NCBI GenBank assembly: GCA_000320545.1
Contig: ADNK01002724.1
Location: 1-41,606 of the forward strand
Direction: 5' to 3'
Origin: Bigelowiella natans CCMP2755
Lineage: Eukaryota > Protista > Cercozoa
DNA length: 41,606 nt
Below the pieces are notes generated by a model, which saw only the letters and a list, made by a program, of their open reading frames with translations, was not told the origin of the DNA and searched no databases. Position 1 is the stretch's first letter, and the number at the start of each line of letters is the position of its first letter. The position numbers were made by a program, and so were the translations under genes. This document shows positions 1 through 13,686 of this stretch, piece after piece.

Positions 1-356
1 GGAGAGAGCTCCGCGCCCTATGCCGAAGGAGAAAATTCTCGTTGAGACCGCATTTTCACCTGCCATCCGCACGATGCGGTCAGTGTCACCGACCTCTCCA
101 TCAGTAAGCAGGAACACTTGTCGCGGGTACCCTGTAAGGTTTCATGTAAGGTTATATGTCGCGAGGAAGGGGTGGATGGGGGGGGAAATAGAAAGTAATT
201 GTCATGGAGAATATGCTAATGTAAGTGGCGTTGTTGGTGTCCAGATCGGAGTTGCGCGATGGCTGTGACGTCGCTGCTGTGGTAGTAATACCTTCGATAG
301 GCTTCGACGTTAGGATCTCGCGAAGAGGTCGGTAGATTTGTGTGCCTCCAGATGCC

Positions 357-394
<38 letters not shown>

Positions 395-1222
395 GGTGCA
401 GAACGACGGGAGAAGCAGGTCGCGGAGGGGATATGATTAACAGCCCGTTAAGCCTCTGATTGCTTTTTGAAATCAGATGGCTATAATTGTTCTTTGCGAC
501 GGAAACAAAATCGCGAGCAAGCTACCTCTTCTCCCCCCCCTCCCCCCCAACTCTTTGTCGGCCCAAAAACAACACAATGCGAAGGAGCCTTACTCAGGTT
601 CTCGACGAAAGAGTTGTGCTTGAGCGAGGGATTCGTTGTTATAGGGTTTAGCGGACGCGAAGAGCATATCGTGGCGATGTGAGAAGGCGACGACGTTGAA
701 GAGGCAGTTGGTGGGGAGAGAATTCAGGAAGATCTGCAGCGTCTCCTTGGTGTTCTTTATCCGTTGGCCTGCCATACTCCCTGTCGCCGTTGTCAATAGT
801 ATTCTTAATATCACTGCTATCGTTTGCACGATATGACGACGTGTCTACTCTAAAAATAACACCGGCACTCCGCCCCCCCCCTCAAACAGATACGAATTTC
901 ACATTCCCCCAGAATGCAGATACTGTCCGCATTCTCATCATCACTGACTTACCAGAGACGTCAACGAGGAAAACAATCTCACAAAACATGTCCGTGTCAG
1001 GCTCGACGAACTCGCGGTTGAAGCTCACTTGCACCACGTGCGATGCTGGGGTGGCAGGGGGGGGGGGTTGGGGTGGTCGGTTTATTATGATTTTGGTTAT
1101 TATGACCGGCGAAGATAGATGTTTATTCATTTTCTCTATATCAGAATATTTTTACACCGTCGTGGATATTTTTGCCTTTTAAACTTAACACGCACACACA
1201 CAGGCGCGCGCGCACTTTTATA

Positions 1223-1264
<42 letters not shown>

Positions 1265-1497
1265 TTATATTTTACACTTGCGTGCATACGTTTCTCACTA
1301 AATAGAAAGGCCATGAGTGTGTGTTTGTGTGTCGATATGGGAGATTTTCCATAGAAGCAAGGTACCTTCGCTGCCACCCTTTTCCTGCTCCTCCTTCTCC
1401 TTCTTGCTGTCGGTTTCCTTTTTCTTAAGGGTGGGGTCTTTGAATGAGCCGCCATTCGCATCGAATTCCTCGATCTGACCGCGCGTCACGTACCTGA

Positions 1498-1538
<41 letters not shown>

Positions 1539-2097
1539 CCAAATTAGAAAGGAGAATGGAGATGTGAGAAATTCATCATCTTGTTGTTTTGAGAAAATGG
1601 TTTTCAGGATTTCAGGACGTTCTCACAAATCTCTTCCTCTCCTTCTCCCCCCCTTCCCTGCCCCCCCCCTCCCCTCTTTCTTCCCCTGTTATTGCCGTAC
1701 GGGTCGCTTTGATCTATCAGCATGACGAAGTCCTTGTCCAGCTTCGTTCCAGTCGTTAGTTTGACGATCTTCCGGTTAGGTTTGTCGTAGACTGTCTTCA
1801 GCGTGTGTTTGGAAGATGCAGCGACTCGCGTGATCTCCGACGTCATTTGCACGTCCGCGACGATCGTTAGCTCATAGTCTATCTCTGAGGCGTCGGCCCG
1901 GTTAATGGATTTAGCTTCCTCCTCCTCCTCCTCCTTAGCCTTTTGCCTTCGACGCTCCTCATCAGCACGGGCTTGGGCCTCACTCTGAATTGGTTACGAC
2001 GATGCCGTTGTCAGCGCGGGATGATGGTGGGGGTTGACAATGGTGAGAACACCGTAGACCTTGGCGCGTGTGCCAGCGATTGCGCGATTTGTGTGTA

Positions 2098-2145
<48 letters not shown>

Positions 2146-3356
2146 GGTGTTTGTGTTAGTTGTACACGTGCTTTGTTGAGCATGAAAATCAACAAGATCG
2201 ACAACATAGGGGCGATATTTACCGGTTTAAGGAAAAATGGATGAATGCGACATGGGGATTCTCCCCTCTTAAGATCTTAACCCTCCCTCCCCTCCCCACC
2301 TGTTTCATCATGTAGTCCATCAGCTGTTGATCTGACATACGAGCCATTTGCTGCTGCGTAAGAATTGGCACTTGTGGCTCCGGTTTCTTCTTATTTACTG
2401 TGGTCCCATCCCATGGGATATGGCCTTTATAGAAAGGAACGAAGGGGGGGGGGAGATTTTATTGCGATAGAACTTCTTGCCGTCGGATGTAAGCAATGCA
2501 CTAGTCGGGGAAAATGCCCTGAGCGCTAACTAGCCACCTACCATTCGAGACTAACGTAGGGAGCACGAATCGAACGCTGGGTCCTTCAGAATCAAGCTCA
2601 GAAACATAGGTAATCTTTATCTGGCAACTGAAGAATCACACAGAGTTGATGTTCGGTGAAAACCGTGGATGATTTTACGTACGCCTCTCGGTTCATCTCG
2701 CACCTTTCCTTCGGAAGCAGGTTACCGACGTGGCAGACAAACGTATTCTCTGTATCGGCTTTCTTCTCCAGGAGAGCTGCAACCTATTCATGCAGAGGAA
2801 AATCGCATTTTTAGACACGTAAAGTGCCGCATAGAACACGATGGGCATGGTGGAGATGCCGCCCCTGTGCACAAAATTCGCACCTGTTTATTTTTTACGG
2901 CGTCGTCGTAAGTTTTTTTGGCTTCCTTTTTCCCTTGAACAATCCCCTTGACAGCTTTGCCATTGATGCGCGCCTCAAAGCCGCACACTGCTGCATCACT
3001 CTCGATTGGGAAAACATACTTGACCTTTATGTTATTAAATCCGTGTGAATGGGAGGTGGAAAAATGGTTGGGGAATATAAGCAGGAGAAGGAGGAGACGG
3101 GAGAGGGACAAAATGAAGAGACCTCAATGGCCTTCGCGCCAAAGTTTGTGAATTTTTGTGTCAGAACTGTTCGGTTGCAGAAGTTGAGGATCTCCACCTA
3201 TGCAGCAAACGACATGACCACCGATGTTGCGTGCCAACGAAGAAAATCACATACCTTTGCATGCACGCTAGTGAGGGCAATCCTCGGCTTTTCCTTCGGG
3301 GTATCGACTGGGACGAGACCGCAGGCAGGGAGGGAGGGCGATGACGATGATGACAT
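1..3356 (-). CDS. VIT + vWA domain protein (VWA5A-like), multi-exon, 3' end runs off the window
   Basis: ATG 3356 MSSSSSPSLPACGLVP...IALTSVHAK. VIT exons VEILNFCNRTVLTQKFTN, VKYVFPIESDAAVCGFEARINGKAVKGIVQGKKEAKKTYDDAV, IKITYVSELD...VRFVLPT. vWA MIDAS EIVFLVDVSG/SM split by a phase-1 intron, then KETLQIFLNSLPTNCLFNVVAF and PRQVFLLTDGEV...RIFSFGIG. Confidence 0.9.
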
Positions 3357-4116
3357 TGCCCTTGACGAAGATTCTTGGAATATGAAGAAATGACGATATC
3401 TTCTCTCTATTTTACACCTGCGACATCAACATTTCGTACTTGCGACATCAAATTTTTCTCTATTTTACACATGCGACAAAGGATCTGCTGCTCCGAGACC
3501 CTCCGAGACATCGAGAGATTTTGGCTCTATTCTTCAAGCAGAGTCAATGTAAATTCTAGGATTAAAGACTCAGAAACCGCAGGAAATCATTTTGGGCATT
3601 TTTGCCCAAAACGAGTTTTGCCCAAAATGAGTCCTGTTGCGAAGAACGACTCACTTAGTAACCAAGGTGTGTGAAGTAAGCATTATTGGGTAAGAGTGAA
3701 CGAAAAAACACCTAAAAATATCCTTGACAAATTACATGGGTAGGTGTTATGAATTTTTTTAAAAAAAAGTCGGTCCTTAAATTTACATAGACTCCAAAGT
3801 GTGTCTCTTCGGTATTCTCTCGGCGCTTTGAGCCCGGAAAAGAAGCGAAATCCTGAAATCCTGGAAATCCGCGATTCAAATCCAGGCGCATAAATGAAAA
3901 AATCACCTGCTATTTCCTCCTGCGACACGGAAAATAAAACGTCGAACTAACATCGTAAGACCCAGGTCGGGTCAATGGTGTGGAGGTCAGGGCACTCCTT
4001 GCACATGAGACGTCCTTTCGCGCCGACGTATAGACCTGATTCCATGCTGCGTATGTCTGAGATTCAATGTATACATCTAGAATCAGTATAACCAACTAAA
4101 AAAGACTCACACCCGC
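3357..4116. promoter_or_regulatory. Divergent intergenic/promoter region (VIT-vWA and ARF-like) with repeated TGCGACA
   Basis: Lies between head-to-head ATGs (3356 -, 4117 +). TGCGACA at 3419, 3441, 3472, 3921; near-perfect repeat TCTCTATTTTACAC(C/A)TGCGACA ending at 3425 and 3478. Confidence 0.55.
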
Positions 4117-5232
4117 ATGGGAACCAACAATTCTGCTCAGCGCCCCATTGTGCATCTCGGAGGTACAAGACGACGGTGATGATGATGCCTATGAAGACAA
4201 CGATGATTGTACCAGTGACGAGCATGATGATCATGCTGATGATGGTCATTTAGTTAAATGAACAAGATGATTGTGGTAATGAAGATTATAGAGATGGCGC
4301 ATCGAATCGCACATGAAATATTATTTCGTTGCAGGAACTAACAATGCGGGGAAAACTGCCTTCCTGATTAGACTAGGTCTGAGCAAATTTAACGAGGAGT
4401 ATAAAGGGGAAATCGTCGACAGCATCACGACTACAAGCACTGTGTAAGTGAATTACTATTTACTACAATGAAAATAAAGACGATGATGATAATGATGATA
4501 ACAACGATGGTGATGACGGTATGGCCATGACGGTGGGATTGACAATGTGTGTAATAGTTACATCAATGGCATATTATGTCCCCACTTGTATTGCATTCTT
4601 CAAATATAACTCTATTGCGCACCCGACAGTACATTGTGGCCATGTGAGAACAACGATGATAGGCATTATAACAATGACAACGATGAAAACTTATGATGAC
4701 GACGATGGCAACGATAATGATAATAACGATGCCAATGAAATACATATGCAGCGGGACAAATAGAGAGGAGACGACACTTAAAGGCGTGAGGGTAGCTATG
4801 GTGGAAAGATCAGGAGGATTGAAGGCATACGGGCTATATCGATACATTAATGATCCCAATACGCCGAAGATGCTCGTATATATAGTCGACAGCAAGACCC
4901 CATCTCCAAATGAGAAGAATCTGATGACAAATACAAAATTACTGTTCCGCTACATCGTTGGGGACGAAACGATCAGTTGTGGGGCAGATAAGAATCTAGT
5001 ACCGTGTGACCTGTCCGCTGACGTTCCAATATTAGTTCTGGCGAATAAGCAAGATTTAGAGGGGGGCTTTACAGCATCTCAGGTGGCTGACCATTTAGGC
5101 CTTCGGGAGTATATGGCCTCCAAGTTCCCAGGTAGAGAGTGGGCATGTTTGCCGCTGAGCTTGAAGACTGGTGAAGGGCTGGACGGGGTTGTGAATTGGA
5201 TATCATCCCATGTCGGCAGAAAGACAAGATGA
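4117..5232 (+). CDS. Divergent ARF/ARL-family small GTPase (exons 4117-4162, 4335-4443, 4752-5232)
   Basis: MGTNNS myristoylation-type start, P-loop GTNNAGKT, switch I TSTVGTNREE, G4 ILVLANKQDL, G5 SLKTGEGLDGVVNWI. Splice phases are consistent; G3 is degenerate (VERSGG). Confidence 0.85.
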
Positions 5233-5840
5233 CGCACTGCGAAACAACACAGCATGCCGCCAAAAAGCGTGATCGATGTCTAGATGTGTAGTAATAGCAT
5301 GACGGAAAAACAAACGAACCGACACGCTCACAATCCGTTTACAATGCAATGGGCTGGTCACGTGTGCATGCGAGAGTGCAACGTATATGTTCATGAAGCG
5401 AAGTGTCATTTATTTATTTGTGTTTTCTGCGCTTTGACGGTGCAATGAATGTGCGCACCACACGCGCGTCTGCTCTCCATCACTAGATCCACAACGTGCA
5501 TGTATGCATGGGCGTCTGTCTTGGGTTGTTCCACAACTTTGCTGCAAGTGATCGAGCAGTTTTCTTGGCCGACCGTGCAACAAAAATCCAATTCTTTTGT
5601 TGACTTTCACAAGCAAAATGCATTCGGACATGGCGCGCACAACGCAGCAACGTGACGTGCCATTTCAGATTCTGCATCACATTAGACAAACACATCAGCG
5701 CTGATTGCCATCATTCAGTGATGATGATCGCATTGCTCCTTTCATTATAGACAACGTATTGCAATGTGTACATTATATAGATCACATTACTATAATAATT
5801 ATGTCTAATATTTTTAAGTCGGATGCAACAAAATGAATCA

Positions 5841-6857
5841 TCAATATCCACCATTGCCATTGCTGGTTCTCTTCTCAGCGCTGCTGCCGATTTTCTGTTG
5901 GAAAGCCCAGCACAACGCATCCAAAATTCTAGTTTCATCCCTAGACCTTGCTGACGATGCCGACGACGATTGTGAGGAGCGTGCGTGATCGTGTCGCCGT
6001 GTATTGCTGCCATACTTGTTAATCCAGTGCCCCAGTATTTGCTTCACTTGCTCTCTTATTCGCTCCAAAACCGCTAAATCGGCCTCGTTTTCGAGCTCGA
6101 AGTAAATCCAATCTTCGACGCCTAGAAACAGCCTACGCCTCTTATTCCCCTGCGTGCAATGCTAGGAAAAAAGGTAGAGTGGTGAAGGCGGAGCGGTGAT
6201 TCGAAACGACGAGTTGCCGCATGTTAATGACACCCGAAATAATAATGCAAATGGTTGAATGTGTTAATACTTAAAACACGTAATTTCTAAACCGAGAAGT
6301 AAGGTACCGGCAAGTACACATTAATTTACAAACAAATTCGGACGATTCCTAAGAAACCAACCAACTTTGCTCTCACACAGATGCGGTGTTAATGCGTCGG
6401 AAAAGTCGAAACTAAGAAATCCCCCCTGCTACCCCTTTCTTTCCCAGTGCGATGCTGCTTGTAGTTGCGCTGTGCTCGCTAATGAGTGCGAGCCGCCAAC
6501 ACGACAGATGACCGTGTCATCCGATAACACTCACCGTTACGAATACAGCTAAGAATGGTTTCATTATTTTTCACCAATACCTTGTATTTTCCATCCCCGT
6601 GCCTTCCACTGCTGCCGTTTCCTTGTTCGCTCTTTCTCAGAACAAGTTCCCAGCGGCCTCGATATTTTTCGAGGAGGAAGAGGTCCTCGTGACGCTCAAT
6701 CCACTGCCGTAATCTTCCCATGCCTGAGAGTTATTTCACATCCAACGGCGCATCAGCATCTCACCAAACTGAGCTAGAGCTTTCCCAGTGTTCGTTTCGT
6801 CTATGTTTGTTAGTGCCAAACCAAATGTATGCACGCATGAAAGATTACTATCTACTA

Positions 6858-6897
<40 letters not shown>

Positions 6898-6944
6898 CGT
6901 GACTCTCGACAACAAGATAGCACATATAAACACACACACGCACG

Positions 6945-6976
<32 letters not shown>

Positions 6977-7200
6977 CACCAAAGACACCAAAGACAGACG
7001 CCATTATGACTGATAGTAGCGCATGTTCATACGCGCTCTTAGTTCGGGTAGTGTGCGTCTCATCAGCGATTGCAGTCGTGCCATCGGATATCGTCCTATG
7101 ATATTGTTTAAAACCCATTTCAAACATATTGTTTCCCCCACACATGTTTTGTGCATATATTCGCATGTGTGAGTATGCGTTCAGATCTTGGTTTTCAGAG

Positions 7201-7238
<38 letters not shown>

Positions 7239-7915
7239 CCTACAATCACTCGCTCTACTCATCTATACGCCTAACCGTTATTGGCCTCGCACATCTGCCT
7301 CACGAAGGCGACAACGTCCCCATCTTCCGTTCCCTGTGCTAATCGCCCACCATCATCCTCGTCGTTCTGCTAAATAATCACAAGCATCGAAAATGCGTGT
7401 GATGCGCTTTGCTGCAGTGCAGCGTACATAGGAAATTGACGAGGAAAAAGGAAGGCGCATTACCCTATCGCTGGGAGAAAACGACCTCATCTTGCACCCG
7501 ACTCTAGAAAATGGGGGGTAGGTTAGAAAGGAGGAGTGACCAGAGGCGTGCAAAATGCACCGCCAAAGCACGCACAGCCGCATGAGGCACTGCTTCGAGG
7601 AGTGTAGAGAATAGTATACGTTTGCAATACGACTGAATTGTGATATTGTAGCTCATAGCGAAGCTTGTTGAGATCATGTAAAAGTCGCCATGCAAGCTGT
7701 TTATTCTCCTATGCTATCTCCCCCCCTCCCCCCCATCTCCCAAGCCTTACCCCCCCCCAAAGATGAAAAGCGGCAAGGGCGAAACTTCGGTCGTGTCATA
7801 GATGAATACCCCTCCCTGACACAAATGGCATTACATCAAAAGTAAGAAAACATCTGGGAAGAGGAGGAGGGGGCGTTGTTGATAACACAATATTACATAC
7901 ACGCTAAATTACACG

Positions 7916-7949
<34 letters not shown>

Positions 7950-10919
7950 TCTGTATATATATATATATATATATACATATGTGTTTGTGTGTGGCAAGCG
8001 AGTTTCTATCGACTATTATCCCCGTTTGAAAGGCTCTAATCCAATCACAACACGAATTGCACACATGATGCCCGAAATCGGAACGCTACTTCATCTAGCC
8101 CTCAGCGCCCTCTTTTCTGCCTCACACCTAGGGAAGAGAATGGCCACTACCTCTGTCTTAACCTTCTCAAAGTACACAGCCCAGCGATGCGTCCAGTACT
8201 CGCTCCCCCATTCCTTGCTATTCACACTAGAGGGGTGCAGCTTCACGAGTCCTTTTTGGGGGAGGGGAGGGGGGGGGGGGGGGGTACGGAAGCAATTGTT
8301 AAATAGCGTCTGTGGTGGGACTTCTTTTCCAAAGAAAAACCACGACACTGACGGCTCCTATAACCATGCGAAACCGACCTGTTTCACTGTGCTTTGAGAC
8401 GAACTTGGAAGACCTCTTCCTCGGATCTATCCGTACCATGTTCGGGTACAGCCCCGCGACGAGGCATGCGTGGACAACCTCCAAGATGACAAAGCAAACA
8501 CACGCACACGCACATGCACGCACACGCTCAGATCGTCGTGGGAAATGGTTCCCAAACGGCCAAAGCTACCTCCAAATATCGCCAGGGAAAAAAAAAGGAA
8601 AATAACAGGACGAAAACAATGCGATGAGACGCAGTGCGGAGCTCTCAGGCCATGCACGAGGGAGGCTAAATCGTTGGCGGATTGATGATGAAAGCGGCGT
8701 TTTGTCATTGAGTTTTGGCTGTTCCATGCCATGCTAATCCAAGCACCTGCCAAGAATGAGCGTGGCGGTCTTCAAACACGTCGATGCGTGGCCTCAACGA
8801 AGAAGAGAAGGAGGAGTAGCGAGAGGGATCGATCTGTGCACATGTGAGGATGCAGTTCGTCTTAATGCGGCGCGGAAGAGATACGGGAAGCAGTAGAATT
8901 TTCTCCTCCAGTTGATAATCTGCCGAACCCCCCCCCCCCCTTCTTCTAAATATGATGCGTGTAGGTGATAATAGAAAAAGAAGGACATTGGTTGTACTAT
9001 TTACAATCCATTTTCTTCTTGTTTTTCCTTGCTTTGAATGTAGTACAAGGGCCAAAGGCCACGTTGCAAAATAGCGCCTCTACGTGTGCTATGGCGTCTA
9101 CCCAACCATACCAAATCGGCGTCTTTGAGGAGCTCAGCATATTGCTCCCTCATTTGCTCGATCATACGCATTGTGCCTTGGAGAAACGACGATCGCCACC
9201 AGCAAGAGAAAGCGTGGAGGGGGAGGGCCGTTGTGAGGCAGGGGAAAGAGGAGAGATAATGAGAAAGATAATGAGAAGGAAAGAGAAAATTAGGTGGTGA
9301 TGCGGCCATCAGAACAAGTCGATATATGCGAAGAAAGATCGGAAAATTCCTGAGGATGACACTGAGGAGGAGGGGGAAGAATGGACTCGCAACCTCCTTT
9401 CAGGAAGTTTTTCCTTGCGAAATCCGCCCCGTAACCACGCCTCTCCGCAGCCCTCCACGCGTTGAAGGCTTCTAAATACCTGTTGCGTAGGCAAAATAGA
9501 ATAAATATTCATCGGCTACCAGCTCTTAATCGGCCATATATTTGAAGATCTTATCAAGACTTACGCGTAATGGTCGGAGGTCTTCCCGCGAGCGAACTTT
9601 CGCTGATTATATAACAATATGTAATGTACAAATATATATATATATATATATATATATTACATATGTATACGTGTGATTAAGCGGTTAGAAGAAAGAGCGC
9701 CCCCCCCCCTCCCCTATCCCCCTGCCGCTGTACACCTTTGCTTGATCGGCCTCGAAGCGCTTGTCGATCGGCACGTAAAACGGCGTCCTGTGCGATAAAA
9801 AGAAGATGGGCGCGCAGGTGGGAGCAGCAGCGGCGTCGCCCCATTTGATGAGCGAGAGCTCTTGCGTGTATATGATGAGTTGCGTACGTCGGAGGAGTAG
9901 CAGCACCACCTGTAGCTGAGAATAGCTGTGATCGTGAGCATTGGGCTCAAACATCCGAATAAGCATGCGAATACTAGTGCCTGGCGGTCAGATAAGGAAG
10001 ACAACATAACCAACACTCAAACGGTGTGTATGCTTTATGCTGTTCCAGTCGTACGCTTGGATGGTGTTCTCCATAATCAGCAGCATCATTCATCACCATC
10101 ATCATCATCAATATCACCGCCACCGCCATTATCGTCACCATTCTCCTCGCCGTTATGACCACCCATATCATCGTCAGCATTTGCACTCCGCTACTTGTAA
10201 CACCAGGCTTCCCCACCCCCCACCTTGCCGATTTTCGGGTCCATGGGCAGCTTCGCGAGGTGCTCTCCCAGAACGGTAAGACTTTCATCTCGCTCATCCA
10301 ACGCCTTATCAAAAATAAGATAAACGATAGAGAAAACGGGATTTGGTGGAGGGCGCGCGCGCGGGGGGGGGGGGGAGGCAGTGTGTGCGCCAATGATGTT
10401 GCACCGCGACAGAGATCATGCCCATTGTAAAAAGCGCGTCTCAGCGAGAAAATCCCTTTGCTAACACGCCGACCGACTCTAAAATTCGGAGACATGTTGT
10501 GTTTTGTGCAGGGAGCTGTATAGCGGGAGACCCGTACCCGCACCACATCTCACACCTGGATGGCGCAAAGGGTGGTGATGGCATTGGCCAAAGATAGATC
10601 CGAGGGAGGGGTCAGTACACGCTTCAGGAACTCTGCGACACCTCCACAGCCTGTCATGTATTTGTCTAAAATATCAGTTTCGTCTTGCAGCAAATCCCTC
10701 ATTTCATCATCTTTTTATTATCCTCACTAGTTGATGTACTGTTCAAATAGTTCTCTAACCCCCCCCTCCCCCCCCCCCGCGCGCGCGCGCACTCTACACA
10801 TCAAATACCAGGGGCGGCAAGATTGAGCTTCCGAACCTGTGATTACGTGTGGATGCGTTTCGCTGATATCAGCTTCGAGTAGGAATTGAATATGAAAACG
10901 TTTGCGTGCTTGCATGTAG

Positions 10920-10954
<35 letters not shown>

Positions 10955-11427
10955 GAGTCATTGTTAGTAGCACCTGCAAGCATAGCTGCTCTAGTGGGGT
11001 GCGTTGTATCTCTGGTAGCTGGTAAGCGCTGAGCTCACGAAGTCTCCACGAAGGAAACAGGTGATAGCATATCTGAATACGAGAAAACAGCACAATCTTT
11101 CAATAACGCTCTCTACCCCCTTCCTCTCTCTTTCTTTCTTTCTTTCTCTTGTCTTTCCTTTGCCCAGAAAACATCTGGCACGTTCAAACTACCGGCGCAA
11201 CCATGGCCTCTTCCTTTTCTCGAGATCATCATCATTATCTCTTATCATCATTATCTCCTATCATCATCATCAGTGAGATAGTAGCATAACGCTGGTTTTT
11301 ACCCCCTTCTGCACCCTTCCCGCCCTCCCCCTCCTTTGCAGCGCCGATGCACGGGATATCTGAGCAGTACAAGACAGAAACATGAAAGCATGAAAGTATA
11401 GTCATCTCAAACCGCACAAATACAAAT

Positions 11428-11458
<31 letters not shown>

Positions 11459-11999
11459 GAAAGCCACGCACCCAAGCTGTGAGAAGGCAAGAGACGTTGT
11501 TCTCCGCGTCGTACGTCTTTTCTCGGTGCTTTCCGCAGTCGATCACGCACGTTATGTCATCGATCGTGATGGAGCTCTCAGCGATGTTTGTGGCGACCAC
11601 GACCTTCAAAGCAGCAGTAGCAGCAGTAGCACCGTATGATGATAATGACGGCGGCGACGATAATGGTGATAAATGAAAACAAATTCCCTCCAAATTATCG
11701 AACGATACGTGGTCCTCCCCCCCTCGACCCCCCCCCCCCCCCCACCCCCCGCTATCCTCTTCCATATTCCTACATGATCTTGATCAAACGTCAATAACAA
11801 CAACAACAACAACGACAATATCGATGGTGCGAATGATTCATACATCGTGGTGCTATACACGCATCTCACCTTCCTTAGATTCTTTGGAGCTGGAGAAAAT
11901 ACCTAAAATCATTGCCAGAGTCGAATATCCGTGTTTGCATTGTCCACGCCTTTCTCTCTTGAATGCGAATGACCCCGTGTGTCCCTCCCCCCCTCCGCT

Positions 12000-12045
<46 letters not shown>

Positions 12046-12078
12046 TTCTCTCCATCTTTCGCTCTCTCTCTTTCATGA

Positions 12079-12117
<39 letters not shown>

Positions 12118-12934
12118 CTTCAACACTCATCATGCGGCACATTGATTTGGGAAACTGACCCTTTGTTGCTCCTTACTTGCCATCATTCCATGTAAAGGAA
12201 GCACCTATACAACAACAACAACAACAAGAAAAAGAGGAAGAAGAAGAAGGATGGAGATGATATCTGATGATGGTATATGACATTGGAACATATCACAACA
12301 CATGACCAGAGTGCCAGAATCAAATACTGTACAAATATATTAAATTGCAGATTTTCTGCTGATCATTCTCTCCCCCCCCCCCCCTCTCCTCCTCCTGCTC
12401 CTACTTCTCCTCGTTATGATCATCATCATCATCATTATCATCATCATCATCATCATCGTGTAAAATCGATATATCGGTGCGATCCAACCAGCAGCGTGGA
12501 ACTGACGCGAGGATGGAGGGACTTCTGCAGGCCTTTGCACACCTACCGACACCATGCGACAACAAGATAAAAGCTAAGCTATAATCATGCCGACGATATA
12601 TCTCTTGAAGGCCTATCATCCCCCTCTCCCCCTCCCCATCACTATCGTCATCGCTATCATCATCATCATTATCGTCATTATCATCATCAAAATCGTTGAC
12701 TTTGGTAATATCGTCCCATCCCGGAAGGAAGACGAGAATGGCGCCCATTGGACCGGCTTTCGTGCTCTCTGTCTGCTCGGTCGCGCTCTCGCTAATGCCG
12801 TCACTGCTGCGAAGGTGAATCTGCTCGATAAGCCCGACGATGAGCGAGTAGAGAACCTCCTCCTCCCCTGTCGTGTTATGGAGAATGAGACTCTTCCTCG
12901 CCGCACATATTGTATACAGATACACCCTCACATG

Positions 12935-12973
<39 letters not shown>

Positions 12974-13181
12974 GTGCGGGGGGGGGAGGAGCGCCTCCCT
13001 CAGCTGTGACATTGCAAAATGAAGAATGGAAAGGCGAACAACATAGCAATAAGAATCGTCGAAAGCACAGGCCCGGAGCACGTGTAGCAAACCATTTAGC
13101 GCCTCTTCTTCAAAGGCCAGAGTCCTCTCGATCACATCCCGACTGAACCCACCTTTTCCCACAAGTATCATTAAAATAAAG

Positions 13182-13223
<42 letters not shown>

Positions 13224-13620
13224 AACGAGTTGTCCAGCAGCGAGGAGGAGGAGGAATTGAATATATATGGCGTGCAAAGACTTGCAACAAGCTGTTCATA
13301 CCAGATGAGAGGAGGTTTTCCTTAGCTTCCATCCCCATTGAATTCTTGCCTAAAGTCACATGAGAGAGAGAGAGTAAAGGCCAGCCTAACATCGACGCAT
13401 TGCATATGCTTTGTGAGTTAAAATAATATACGTTTTGATGAAATATATCAATTTATTTTTGCAGATAATTTACCAGTGCTCTTCTCTTCGCCGTCTCCCC
13501 CCTCTTCTTCCTCCACGATCATGCTGCGATTCTCACGTGATGATGACGTAGGAGTCTCATTCTTCCAACGCGGCTTTCCGCGTGGACGCCGACCTCGCCG
13601 TCTTTTCCTAGCAAAACCAC

Positions 13621-13686
<66 letters not shown>

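Noticed and set aside
5841-6721. Apparent separate small gene starting MGRLRQW
   Set aside because: Splice phases and similarity to the DHX36 C-terminus indicate these are the last exons of the helicase.
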